Shown in pieces: positions 50,769 to 63,669 of a stretch of DNA of 64,000 bases. The DNA is from Octopus sinensis. Taxonomy: Eukaryota. Where the stretch lies: contig NC_043000.1 of NCBI RefSeq assembly GCF_006345805.1, positions 1,674,001 through 1,738,000 of the forward strand. The letters run 5' to 3'. How positions within the stretch are numbered: position 1 is the first letter of the stretch; each line of letters opens with the position of its first letter. The notes beneath the pieces were generated by a model. The model ran no database searches, was not told the DNA's origin, and worked only from the letters and a program-made list of their open reading frames with translations. Position numbers and translations under genes: made by a program.

Positions 50769-51110
50769 AAAGGGGTAAAGACCCCCTTCGGTCATGAATG
50801 ACCATGGGATTGCACCTAGAAAGTTACCCTCCTAGACACAAGTCCGGGCAAGGTTGTTTATGGAAGACCAGCAGTCGCCCATGCATACCAGCCTCATCTC
50901 TCCACGCCACCAGTGTTATCCAAGGGAAAGACAAAGCTCGATACAGCTTGGCACCAGTGACGTCGTAACTCATTTCTACAGCTGAGTGAACTGGAGCAAC
51001 GTGAAATAAAGTGCCTTGCTCAAGAACACAACACGCAGCCCGGTCCGGGATTCGAGCTCACAACCACACGATCGTAAGCTCGACGCTCTAACCACTGAGC
51101 CATGCGCCTT
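50769..51110 (-). mobile_element. tRNA-head CORE-like SINE, family E
   Basis: Head and CORE similar to D, different tail; TSD ttcttacacta. Confidence 0.8.
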
Positions 51111-51428
51111 CTTCTTACACTACAAAATGTGTATTTATAATGTTATCTGATATAGAATTCAGTGAGTTGGGGAGAGTGGTAGAATGTGTCTATTATATCG
51201 GCTTCAAATTATGGCACAAGGCCAGCAATTTCGGGGTAGGAGTAAATCGAATACATCGACCTTAGCGCTCAACGGTGCTTATTTTATCGACACCGAAAGG
51301 ATGAAAGACTCAAGTTGAACTCAGGGCGTAAATATGGACGAAATGCCGCTGAGCATTTTGCCCGGAATGCTAACGATTCTACAACTCGCCGCCTTAAACT
51401 TGTTTATCATATCAAACATTAATTAATA

Positions 51429-51781
51429 GGCGCAGGAGTGGCTGTGTGGTAAGTAGCTTGCTAACCAACCACATGGTTCCGGGTTCAGTCCCACTGCGTG
51501 GCACTGAGTGGATTTGGTAGACGGAAACTGAAAGAAGCCTGTCGTATATATGTATATATAAGTGTGTGTGTATATGTTTGTGTGTCTGTGTTTGTCCCCC
51601 TAGCATTGCTTGACAACCGATGCTGGTGTGTTTACGTCCCCGTCACTTAGCGGTTCGGCAAAAGAGACCGATAGAATAAGTACTGGGCTTACAAAGAATA
51701 AGTCCCGGTGTCGATTTGCTCGACTAAAGGCGGTGCTCCAGCATGGCCGCAGTCAAATGACTGAAACAAGTAAAAAGAGTT
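51429..51781 (+). mobile_element. SINE-A with internal deletion
   Basis: cgtggcac joins directly to tgagtggatttgg. Confidence 0.88.
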
Positions 51782-52073
51782 TATTCTGAGTTTCGCCTCA
51801 GGTTGAGCAGTTCAAATCTATTGTGATCAGAGCAGCCTGATTCAAAAACTCAGAGTAGTCTGTTGACTTGTGATATTTTGATTCGATAAACTTACACATA
51901 TGACACACACAGACACAAACACAAATATATACATACATACATACATACATACATACATACATACATACATACAACATACACACACACATACATACATACA
52001 TGCATACATACATACATACACACACACCTACATACATACATACATACATACATACATACATACATACATACAT

Positions 52074-52106
<33 letters not shown>

Positions 52107-52210
52107 TATATACATACATACATACATACACACACACATACATACATACACACACACATACATACATACATACAAACATACATACATACATACATACATA
52201 CATACATACA

Positions 52211-52242
<32 letters not shown>

Positions 52243-52293
52243 ATCAGGCAATAATCTTGTGTAGCGCTGCGTCGGCAAGACTTGAAAAAATAC

Positions 52294-53207
52294 AGAAAAA
52301 GTGAGAGGGGTACAGAGAACTTGCCGTGAGGAGTGGAATGTCCAACGTTTCGAATTCAATCCTTCGTCAGGGGTGGGGTAGAGAAAAAGAGAAGTTGAAG
52401 AAAGACAAACAGAGTTTACATCCTCTCAGCTTGAAAAACTGGCTGCAACTGATAATGGATATTATTATCAAGCCAGCCGACAAAGGGGGCGCCGTTGTTG
52501 TTTGGTGAGCTGATCTTTAGAGAAAAGAAACACTCCGCCAACTCTACGACTGCAGATACTACATGAAGATATCAAGTGATCCCACCAACCATTACCAGAG
52601 GAATGTTTGGACCTCTGTACATCAGCTGATCTCTTCTGGTTCACTGCCACCCCACTGTCACCAACCTCATTGTCACCACACCCCGAACTTCCACCATTTC
52701 GTCCCTAAAATACATAAACAAGATAATCCCGGCCGCCCTATTATCTCTTCTTGCAATTGCTCCACAGAACTTGTCGTTGCCCTACCTTCTCTAGGAAACG
52801 AAAGGAGCAACGTCTCATATTTGATCTTGGCACTATGTCCCAGATAGGTAGGAATGAACGTTTTTCCTTTCATCCTTTCCCCACTTCTTAATTCTTTTTT
52901 ACCCTTTTAAACCCTCCTTCCACCCTCTCTCTGCAACATTCCTGTATTTACTTACCTCTACTCTCTCCATTACCCTTTTCCTCCTCCTTTCTGCACGCTC
53001 TCTCCTATAACTTCTGTTTCACGTTAGCAGCCCGTGTTATTCTGCGTCCATTATCAGTTGCAACCAGTTTTTTCAAACTGAGAGGATGTAAACTCTGTTC
53101 GTCTTTCTTCAACTTCTCTTTTCTCTAACCCCCTGACGAAAGATTGAATCCGAAACGTTGGATATTCCACTCTTCACGGCAAGTTCACTGTACCCCTTTC
53201 TCTTTTT

Positions 53208-53210
<3 letters not shown>
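52294..53210 (+). mobile_element. Internally deleted Penelope-like element with inverted terminal repeat copy
   Basis: DIIIKPADKGGAVVVW, PKIHKQDNPGRPIISSCNCSTELV (PLE RT N-terminal part); RKRKEQRLIFDLGT...NERFSF (PLE C-terminus); 52294-52460 is the inverse of 53047-53210. Confidence 0.85.
53131..53161 (+). ncRNA. Minimal Penelope-type hammerhead motif (inverted copy at 52342-52372)
   Basis: cc-CTGACGA-a-(a/g)gattgaat(c/t)c-GAAA-cgt-t-gg, palindromic ACGT stem III. Confidence 0.6.
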
Positions 53211-53243
<33 letters not shown>

Positions 53244-53246
<3 letters not shown>

Positions 53247-54550
53247 GGTGCGAGGGTAAATTGTTGCCATTTTATATTTTCAGTTTCGTGCATGTGCATT
53301 GTTTGTTTTTTGATTTTGTCGACTACGCAGTATAGTAGGGTCAGTTGGGCACCGTCTGTGAGAAAAACAACACCATGACACAATTCACTCTGCCAGAAAT
53401 TTGGAAACGATATGCTGTACTGCTTGGCATTCACGCCGGAAGCTCCAATACGAACATTTCAAAGTGTTTGGGTTTCAATCTGGGGATAGTACAATCTGAG
53501 TACATGTAGCGAGAGTGATTAAAAAGTCAACATCATGAAGTTTGGTGTGACCACTAGTGATGGCGACGTGGTCCCATTCATCTTCACACACGACCTCAGA
53601 CACAAAACTGAGGCCTACATCAATTGCCTGGAGGAGGTACCGCTGCCCTGAGTCAAGAGGGTGACTGCTGGAAGACCCTTATGTCTAGCAACAGGACTCT
53701 GCACCATACCACAGAAGCTGCCAGACAATTTCTGCGACCACATCACCCCTAACATCTGACCACCTAACTCCCCTGACTGCAACCCCCTTGGTTATTATGT
53801 GTGGGGCACAGTTGAACGAGAGACCAACAAATCCCCTCGTAATACCAAAGATGAAGTGAAGGTAAGGATTATGGCAGCATTCACCAACTTAAACAAGGAG
53901 ACTGTCCAGAAGAGTTGCAGGAGATTCCGAAGTCGTCTGGAGGCCGTGGTTGAAGCCAATGGCAATTTTATTGAATAAATTTATTCTTTAGTATTTCAAG
54001 ATATTTTTATGTAATTTTGATAAACATACGCAGGATAATAGGCGCAGGAGTGGTTGTGTGGTAAGTAGCTTGTTTACCAACCACATGGTTCCGGGTTCAG
54101 TCCCACTGCGTGGCATCTTGGGCAAGTGTCTTCTGCTATAGCCCCGGGCCGACCAATGCCTTGTGAGTGGATTTGGTAGACGGAAACTGAAAGAAGCCTG
54201 TCGTATATATGTATATATATATATATGTATGTGTGTGTTTGTGTGTCTGCTGTGTTTGTCCCCCTAGCATTGCTTGACAACCGATGCTGGTGTGTTTACG
54301 TCCCCGTCACTTAGCGGTTCGGCAAAAGAGACCGATAGAATAAGTACTGGGCTTACAAAGAATAAGTCCCGGGGTCGATTTGCTCGACTAAAGACGGTGC
54401 TCCAGCATGGCCGCAGTCAAATGACTGAAACAAGTAAAAGAGAAAAAGAGTAAAAGAGTAAAAGAGTAAAAGAGTATACCTGTTAAAATGAGATGCAGTG
54501 CTGTTTTCATTTTTGCGTAATTTAGACGACAGTTAATTCACCATACCCTG
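53244..54550 (+). mobile_element. Internally deleted DD37D/maT-like transposon, split by SINE-A
   Basis: TIRs (t)agggtgcgagggtaaattg / aattcaccataccctg-TA; SPDCNP..YYVWGTVERETNK...RLEAVVEANGNFIE*. Confidence 0.8.
54041..54476 (+). mobile_element. SINE-A
   Basis: Full length, (AAAGAGT)n tail. Confidence 0.92.
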
Positions 54551-54620
<70 letters not shown>

Positions 54621-54671
54621 TATCTATGTATGTATGTATGTATGTATGTATGCATGTATGTATATAAAAAA

Positions 54672-54935
54672 ATAATAAATGAGCCCTTCTAAAGCCTAGC
54701 CAGGCTCATGGGCCCGGTTTCCCGGTTTCCCGGTTTCTATGGCGCATGTGTTCCTCAGCTGGACGGGACGCCAGTCCATCGCGGCGTTACTCATTTTTGC
54801 CAGCTGAGTGGTCTGGAGTAACGTGAAATGAAGTGTTTTGCTCAAGAACACAACGCGTCGCCCGGTCCAGGAATCGAAACCACAATCTTACGATCTTGAT
54901 ACTGATACCCTAACCACTAATCAACGCGCCTCCAC
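54672..54935 (-). mobile_element. SINE-D
   Basis: Inverse of 48327-48580. Confidence 0.82.
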
Positions 54936-54940
54936 ATGTG

Positions 54941-54977
<37 letters not shown>

Positions 54978-54979
<2 letters not shown>

Positions 54980-55374
54980 TAGCAGTGTCGCCCGGCGTTG
55001 CTCGGGTTTGTAAGGGAAATAACTATACAACCATTTTTAGAGATGTAAAGTATAATAGCCATCTCAATATGGCTAACCACAAAGCGGGGTGTTACCGTAG
55101 CTTTTTACGTTCTGAGATTTAATAATACATATTTAGAGAGTTACTTCCCTTATAGATGCCAAAAACGCATTCAAAATGGGAAAAAATGGTTGTAATTTTT
55201 TTTTTAAATCGTAAACTCATCGTAGACGCGCGCTAATACCCAGAAGGGCTCGATATGAATCACGACTATAAGATACCCGCTTTTGGTTAAACTGCACCGC
55301 AAAATGTGGGAGTAGTTAGGAATCTAAATCGTAGGAGACAGACAGCACACAACCTCACTTTTATATATATAGAT
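54978..55374 (-). mobile_element. Helentron-type element, family H1
   Basis: Same subfamily as 2492-2860. Confidence 0.72.
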
Positions 55375-56237
55375 ATATCATACTCCAGGTCATCAGCATC
55401 ACTCGAGCTCATTACAGATTTCGCATAAGACACATGTATAAAAGAAAGTAAGAGACGTAATGTACACCGCAGACCTACATATATGCACGGGTAATTTAAC
55501 AGTAAGCAAGTTCTGCTGCTTCTAACGAAAGAATGCCTCAAGTTTTCTCGCAATATTTCTAGCTCCAAATGCCTAATTTTTATATTTAGCTCTGTGTCTT
55601 GCTCCATTTCTAAGTTAAGGGTAAAAATCAGGCAACCATGCAAAACACAACGGATCTTTACACATAGACGCACAGAATAACAGCAATTAAATAATGAAAG
55701 CAGAGTGCACAACAAACATCACCGATCTGACTGTCGCCTGTACTCTTGACAAGAGATGTCAGTTAGTCATTTTCAACTACCAGCCTCGTTCGTATCAGCC
55801 CAAGTTGCTAGATAATTTTTTCGTTCCTTTAGGAATATTGTAGAACGGAAACTTTTCATAGATTGGAATTTAAATCCTAATCTCTATAGAAATTTATCAT
55901 TTCAAGAAAACATTGAATTTGAATTACTTTTAATTTTTCGACTATAGATAACAACTCGGGCTGTAACTTCTGAGCCCGAGTCGGGCGCGTGTGAACGATG
56001 TCGAGAGAACGTCATCTACGAATATTTTTTGACGCTGAGCACCTCTGAGACGACCGCCAGACGCTGAACGAAAACAAATGAACTGCGACCAGGCTCAATA
56101 AAAGGAGCCCGAGTTATTGGATGTAATTACATATTTGAAGTCAGTGTTGGCAGAAATTAAATCGGCTTGCAAAGACACGCTCACTTTACAAACATTTATA
56201 TTCGAGCTAAGTCCGGACAGCCTGAGTACCGGAGTCG

Positions 56238-56329
<92 letters not shown>

Positions 56330-56411
56330 TTTATAATAAAGCACATTACTCTACCTCTGGTATTCGAGTACTATTTTTTCCGCCTTGTTTCTCATGTATG
56401 TGCTTACTCTG

Positions 56412-56469
<58 letters not shown>

Positions 56470-56474
<5 letters not shown>

Positions 56475-56687
56475 TAATCCAAACAAGAAAACAAAAAGAC
56501 AACAACGCAAGGATGTGGAACAAATAAAGTATTATTGGACGCTCAGGAAAGAAGGGAAGAAGGAGGGTTTGACGTTTCGAGCGGAGCTCTTCGTCGGAAA
56601 CATAGGAGAAGGAAAGATCCCGAGACGGGAGGACAGAGGAAAAAAATCGCCGGTGGTATTCACGAGGTCACATACTAAAAGACGGAA

Positions 56688-56690
<3 letters not shown>
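56470..56690 (-). mobile_element. Penelope-like terminal derivative with minimal hammerhead motif (56567-56601), between (TA)n tracts
   Basis: Minus strand gttt-CCGACGA-a-GAG ctccg CTC-GAAA-cgt-c-aaac. Confidence 0.6.
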
Positions 56691-56723
<33 letters not shown>

Positions 56724-56732
56724 TATATATAT

Positions 56733-56798
<66 letters not shown>

Positions 56799-56814
56799 CA
56801 TACATACATACATA

Positions 56815-58076
56815 TGAGGCTGCACTCAAAAGTAAACGGAAGCATTTTCTGTGGGACAAGCCAGTTGTAGTTCAGGCTTCCGCCGCTAGAAACCATTTGA
56901 TGCGACCCTCAGGCATCAGTCTGCCAACTGGCGTCGTTGAATGAGGTCGTACTGAGGTCAAATGGTGCATCTTTATTTTGCACTGCTTCTCCCCTGTTCG
57001 TCGATTTTTGCGATGGCTGAAACGAAGGAACAGCGTTCTTCAATGAAATTCTGTATTCTGCTGGGGAAAACAGCGGCCGAAACAGTTGTCATGCTTCAGA
57101 CAGCTTACAAGGATGGTGTGATGTGTAAAACACAAGTCTATGAGTGGTTTCCACGTTTTAGGAATGGTAGCTTGTCACTTGAAGATCAACTTCAAACAGG
57201 ATGGCCATCGACCTCCCGAACGAATGAAAATGTCATGTAAATTCATGAACTGATCGTGGAGGACCGTCACCAAACAACTGACGAACTTGTTGATATGACT
57301 GGTGTGTCCTGAAGTTCCTGCCAACGAATTTTGAGCGAGGAATTGCGAATGAAAAAAAGCTGCAATAAAATTTGTGATTTGCTTGCTCACAGAAGATCCT
57401 TTTCTACCCTAGACATAAGGCCTGAAATTTTGGGGGAGGGAGCCAGTCGATGAGCTCGACCCCAGTACTTGACTGGTAATTTATCGATCCCGAAAGGACG
57501 AAAGGCAAAGTCGACCTCAGCGGAATTTGAACTCAGAACGTAAAGACAGACAAAATACCTGTTTCTTTACTACCCACAAGGGGCTAAACACAGAGGGGAC
57601 AAACAAGGACAGACATAAGTATTAAGTCGATTACATCGACCCCAGTGCGTAACTGGTACTTAATTTATCGACCCCGAAAGGATGAAAGGCAAAGTCGACC
57701 TCGGCGGAATTTGAACTCAGAACGTAACGGCAGACGAAATACGGCTACGCAAGATCAAAAGCAGTCATGACTGAATGCGTGTCGTGAACTGAAAGAACAG
57801 TGGAAAGTTGATCCTGACCGATAACGAAAACTGATGACGAAAGCTGAGGCTGTGGAATTTGCAGGTGTGGAAGAAGTAAAGAAAAAAATCAATAGAGTCG
57901 TTAAAAGACATCATTTCGCATGAGTTCCAGCACTGCTTCGAATAGTGGAAAATGCGCCTGGACCGATGCACCGCTTCAAATGAAGAATACTTTGAAAACG
58001 ATAAAAGAGTAAACATGTAAGACTAAGTGAATAAAATAATACTGCAAAATTCCGGTTTCTTTTGGGTACCCCTTCG
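56815..58076 (+). pseudogene. Internally deleted mariner transposon, split by a SINE-B2/B dimer (57400-57750)
   Basis: MAETKEQRSSMKFCILLGKTAAETVVMLQTAYKD...VYEWFPRFRNG; EFQHCFE*WKMRLDRC..SNEEYFEND; TIRs tgaggctgcactcaaaagtaaacggaa / ttccggtttcttttgggtaccccttcg, TA flanks. Confidence 0.85.
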
Positions 58077-58713
58077 TATGTAACAACAGACGACACATTA
58101 TCCATTCGTTGTTATACTGCAAAATTCCGGTTTCTTTTGGGTACCCCTTCGTATGTAACAACAGACGACACGTTATCCATTCGTTGTTATACTGCAAAAT
58201 TCCGGTTTCTTTTGGGTACCCCTTCGTATGTAACAACAGACGACACATTATCCATTCGTTGTTATACTGCAAAATTCCGGTTTCTTTTGGGTACCCCTTC
58301 GTATGTAACAACAGACGACACATTATCCATTCGTTGTTATACTGCAAAATTCCGGTTTCTTTTGGGTACCCCTTCGTATGTAACAACAGACGACACGTTA
58401 TCCATTCGTTGTTATACTGCAAAATTCCGGTTTCTTTTGGTACCCCTTCGTATGTAACAACAGACGACACGTTATCCATTCGTTGTTATACTGCAAAATT
58501 CCGGTTTCTTTTGGGTACCCCTTCGTATGTAACAACAGACGACACTTATCCATTCGTTGTTATACTGCAAAATTCCGGTTTCTTTTGAGTACCCCTTCGT
58601 ATGTAACAACAGACGACACATTATCCATTCGTTGTTATACTGCAAAATTCCGGTTTCTTTTGGGTACCCCTTCGTATGTAACAACAGACGACACATTATC
58701 CATTCGTTGTTAT
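58041..58713. repeat. 75-bp minisatellite x9 (mariner right end, TA and flank)
   Basis: Units start at 58041, 58116, 58191, 58266, 58341, 58416, 58490, 58564, 58639. Confidence 0.95.
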
Positions 58714-58763
58714 TTGTTTACTGTTCACCTCACTCAGAACCCGCTCATTGCGTGGATCAGGAG

Positions 58764-59229
58764 TGTAGTGACGCCATTTTGGGAGTCTTCAGTGCGCATG
58801 TACAGAGTTGGATTTCTTCCGGTAGGCCGCCGGAAGTTCCCTCATGCGCATGCGCAGATAACTACCAATAGCAAGATTTCCCGTTGGATCTTCCTTTTCG
58901 AAGCTGCAGCCGAATTGGATGGACGCGCGCCCACACGGTTCTCCCAAGCAAGCCAACACGTAGAGAAGCCCTTCTACGCTGGAACGAGACAGCATTTGGC
59001 CCACACAAGTTAACTAATGTGACTAGTTTCATGGCCCATGGCTACATGTTCCCCTGAAGGAAATATATGTGTATATATATATATATATTATTGCGAATCC
59101 AGAGAAATAAATATTATTTATTGCTGCTGAAGATATTCGAAGTCATGGTTTTCTTTCGACAAATAATTTAACGTAACAGGATAAGCCCGGCACCCCTCAA
59201 GTGTTCCAGAGACCTTCATCCTTGTTACA
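58764..59229 (+). mobile_element. Solo LTR (Gypsy-type)
   Basis: TGTAGTGACGC...CTTGTTACA, 4-bp TSD GGAG on both sides; termini shared with 39085-39635. Confidence 0.82.
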
Positions 59230-60322
59230 GGAGTATATTATGAACCGTACATTCAGTGTTATGTGCGTTTCCTAGATTTACCTTAGGGTTTATGATATAC
59301 TCAGTCAGGTACAGCTAATCGTATACAAAACCTGAATATCTTTCCGCCCCTACTTCGGTACCTCCGTATGTATTCCTTTAGTTTTAGAGTGCACACTTTT
59401 TATTTTTCGACCCGACCTGGTGCTCTACCATTTAAGTACCTGATTTACTCGAATCCTGATCTATTACTACACACACACACACACACACACATGAATTAAA
59501 GCTCTTGGTAATGTGAAGAAAATAATGATAGAAGAAAATAGAGACATCCGAAGTAATGGAGGAATCTTTTCTTTATTTATATATAAACGTAGAAAATCTG
59601 GATTTTCATAAGAAAATGAGCTACAATACTGCTTTAGTCCTGTTATCTCACTTCTATGGAAGTGTCACTCGTGGCGGGCCGCCCCATCACCCTTCTCTAC
59701 CTATGCTACCTGCCTATCCGCATTTCAACGTAGTCAAACATCGAGGACTAAAAAAAGAATTTAAAGATACACCAAGGAGAACATTAATCAAAACTGGACA
59801 AGCAACACATGCACACACACACATACATACATACGTATACACACACACATACACACACGCACACACACACACACACAGGTACACACGTTGTAAACATTCT
59901 ATTTGAAACAAATTAGTCATAGATACAAGGCCGTCGAAGTAACCCAAATACCTATGCAACTGATTACTAAATGCATTCAGTGTGGGGGTCAATAGACACG
60001 AAGAATTTATAACAAAAACATAAACCCAAAATGTAATTATCAACAACAGTAAACAAACAAGCTTAATCTCAAGGCTGTCAATAAAAATTTGACAAGCCGG
60101 AATAAAAGTGCTTTTCGTAACGCCAGGAACAGGAGTCCTCCCAAAATCGAAAAGGCTGTCAAGTTTTAGTTTTTTGTCACGAAGCAGATAATTGCTTGTT
60201 CCGCCGTCGCTCTCGGATTCCCCGGATCAACGTACTGGCGGGACACCACTCTTCTATAGGCCCAGTCTATAGGCTTGCTCTAGCGTCTTAGAAAAGGTTA
60301 CGTTAGATTCAATTTTAGTATA

Positions 60323-60836
60323 CCGTAAATCCTCGAGTATAGTCCGTCCTTGCGTATAATACGCAGGGGATTTTTAGGGGGCTGTACCGCTGAAAAACCT
60401 AGACCTTGTGTATAATACGCACCCCTTCTCTAACTTGAGTCAAGGAGGTCTATATAACGTCCTTGGCTTGTAAAAATGTATATGTTAACGCCCTTTATTA
60501 TTATTATTGTATATATAACATAATGCAAACGTGTAGCTTTTTTGTGCATTTTGTTTGCAGAAAATAAAGAAATAACAGTAATAACGTTTAATAAATGTTG
60601 CTTACTGCAAGTTATGGATGATCCTTTTGTGACTTCATTGCTTTCAGGCTTAGCTTAAGGTATTTTCGCGCCCAACATCACAAAATGCGTCTGAATAAAC
60701 ATTGCCGGACAGCCAATAGAGACTCGGACATTGCTTAGAAAATAATTTTCATTTTTAACCTCGTATATAGTACGCACTAGGGATTTTGACCTTTAAATTT
60801 TGGGGGAAAATGCGGATTATACTCGGGGATCTACGG
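60323..60836. mobile_element. Tc2/pogo-like MITE
   Basis: TA|CCGTAAATCCTCGAGTATAGTCCG...CGGATTATACTCGGGGATCTACGG|TA. Confidence 0.85.
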
Positions 60837-61239
60837 TATGTACTGCCGAAGCAAGTACAGGGTTACGTTAGATGATAATAGAATACGGTCCTGGATTCCT
60901 TAAACATAGGAAAAAGATAGGGTGATCACAGTTGATATGCTTGTGATTATAAGTATATTCGATCAGAGCTGACCTGGACAGTAGCGTAATTAGAATCGGG
61001 AGAGAGGGCGGGGTGCCGTTCCAACCCGGGTGACACTTTTATGGGGACTGTATATTTGAATCAGTTGTATAAGCTTGGAGGTTGCTCGGTGCGGCACAAA
61101 CTCTAAATTACTGAATTTGAAGCTAAACAACAACTATTTAGTGAAATGTTCAAAGTTGCTGCAATAAATTAAAATAAACAACACAAAAGCAAATGAGATA
61201 GAAGACAAAACACTCATAATGCATATATGTTAAATATTT

Positions 61240-62402
61240 GTTTCAAATTTTGGCACGAAGCCAGCAATTCCAGGGTAAGTGGGTAAGTCGATTACATCAA
61301 CCCCAGTACCCAACTGGTACTTATTTTATGGTACTTATTACAAGGCAGCGAGCTGGCAGAAACGTTAGCACGCCGGGCAAAATGCTTAGCGGTATTTCGT
61401 CTGCGTTACGTTGTGAGTTCAAATTCCGCCGAGGTCGACTTTGCCTTTCATCCTTTCGGGGTCGATAAATTAAGTACCAGTTACGCACTGGGGTCGATGT
61501 AATCGACTTAATACCTATGTCTGTCCTTGTTTGTCCCCTCTGTGTTTAGCCCCTTGTGGGTAATAAAGAAATAGGTACTTATTTTATCGATCCCGAAAGG
61601 ATGAAAGGTAAAGTCGACCTCGGTGGAATTGAACTCAGAATGCGCAGACAGACAAAATGTCGCTAAGCATTTTGCCCGGCGGGCTAAAATTTCTAACAGT
61701 TCGCAGCCCTGCATATATTGAATATTGATTTCGAATTTTGGCTCAAGGCCAGCAATTTTGGGACGAGAGTAAGTCGATTACGTCAACTCCAGTGCTCGAC
61801 TGGTACTTATTTTATCGACCCCGAAAGGAAGAAAGGTAAAGACAATCTCGGCGAAATTTGAACTCAGAACGTACACACGGACGATATGCCGCTAAGCATT
61901 TTATCTGGCATGCTAATGTTTCTTATTTCTTTATTGCCCACAAGGGGCTAAACACAGAGGGGACAAACAAGGACAGACAAACGGATTAAGTCGATTACAT
62001 TGACCCCAGTGTGTAACTGGTACTTAATTTATCGACCCTGAAGGGATGAAAGGCAAAGTCGACCTCGGCAGAATTTGAACTCAGAACGTAACGGCAGACG
62101 AAATACCTATTTCTTTACTACCCACAAGGACGATATGCCGCTAAGCATTTTATCTGGCATGCTAATGTTTTTTATTTCTTTATTGCCCACAAGGGGCTAA
62201 ACACAGAGGGGACAAACAAGGACAGACAAACGGATTAAGTCGATTACATCGACCCCAGTGCGTAACTGGTACTTAATTTATCGACTCCGAAAGGATGAAA
62301 GGCAAAGTCGACCTCGGCGGAATTTGAACTCAGAATGTAACGGCAGACGAAATACCGCTAAGCATGTCGCCCGGCGTGCTAACGGTTCTGCCAGCTCGCC
62401 AA
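61240..62402. mobile_element. Cluster of nested and multimeric SINE-B/B2 copies
   Basis: Plus copy at about 61344-61575 inside a minus B2 copy (ggtacttatt duplicated); minus multimer at 61730-62402. Confidence 0.85.
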
Positions 62403-62769
62403 CCTGCATAAATTAAATATTACAAGTAACAACGGACAGAAAAGAACAAAAAGTACCTCTAACGAGGATCGAACCACATGTTCACTTGCAATTAGACTGA
62501 GTTACTGTAGAACACTGGTAGTACCTCTTTTCATCTTAAATACTAATGTTGTAAGACATTTTATAGTGTGATTGGAAAAAAATGGTATCATCCTTCAAAC
62601 TTTCCTTTAACTGCAGGTAGCTTTGGAATAGAAAAAAATGTCTAATGACAGAATAAGTATCAGCCATCACAGTTGAATCTTTTTTAGTAATTACACCAAG
62701 CCTATTCTAATTTCTACCTTCACCTCACTAACTCAAACTTGTGTAAACATCTCTCTCTCTCTCACTCAC

Positions 62770-62821
<52 letters not shown>

Positions 62822-63669
62822 TCACACACACACACACACACACACACGTTTTTCAGACGAAGCATCTAACTCGAACTATCAACGGTAAAGATTACAGAAC
62901 ATAATATTTTATTTTTCCTTGTAGTCTAAAAATGAGAAAAAAACAAGGGGTAAAACTGAAATTCTGAAATTCTAGGATTAATATTTAGTTGGAAAAGGAA
63001 TCGTTAAGCAGGTGGGGCTGTGTGAAATATTGTGCTTAAGGAAAGTCTGGAAGGTGGCACCATTACCAGTCACAAAATAAAAAGATGTTTTTTTTTCTTT
63101 TCAAGTGAGAAGGTTTGTGTCAGAGACTGAGCAACCGAGAAAGCGAGGTGCTCAATGAAAAAGGCAAAAAAACCTTGAATAGGACATAGGACGGTAGAGA
63201 GATACATCTTTCAAAATAACCACAGAAACACTTAAGCTGGTTGAATTGACGCATTGCTTGAAGGCGGGAAGTCAGGAATGTAGACATGTACGATATGTCA
63301 ACTGAGTTGCTGTCAAGTTAACATGTTAAAGAATTGTAGAGAGGAGAGATGGAATGGAGGCATAGAAGCAGGAGCAAAGTAGAAGCTTGAAGTGTGAACA
63401 TACTTAATTACACACACACACACACACACACGCACAACGGGAGAATTTATCTGACAACCCAAAATTTTTTGAATGCTGTTGAGTAGCATTCTGGTTTGAT
63501 GATCTTTACACAGATAATTATCAACGATATAAACACTCGTATACGTTTCTGCCACTCTGGCATATAAACTTTATGGCAACCTTCCGAACTTAATAAAAAA
63601 AAAACAATTGATGCCGCAAATATATTGGAGACATTGGTGGTTACTTTCACTTCTCAATGTTACCTTCAA

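Noticed and set aside
55287-55715. 142-aa minus-strand ORF as a host exon (EMEQDTELNIKIRHLELEILRENL)
   Set aside because: No recognisable family, weak donor site, and the ORF end runs into a Helentron-type repeat
55952-56115. Small element with aactcgggct/agcccgagtt inverted ends
   Set aside because: Only 10-bp inverted ends, a single copy and no clear TSD; cannot classify
58041-58713. 75-bp array as CRISPR, or as the repeat-protein ORFs 57976-58479 and 58109-58588
   Set aside because: Identical tandem units; the ORFs stay open only because 75 is a multiple of 3
58760-58900. Host gene CpG-island promoter (also 39100-39300)
   Set aside because: Both lie inside TG...CA elements with 4-bp TSDs, so they are better explained as solo LTRs
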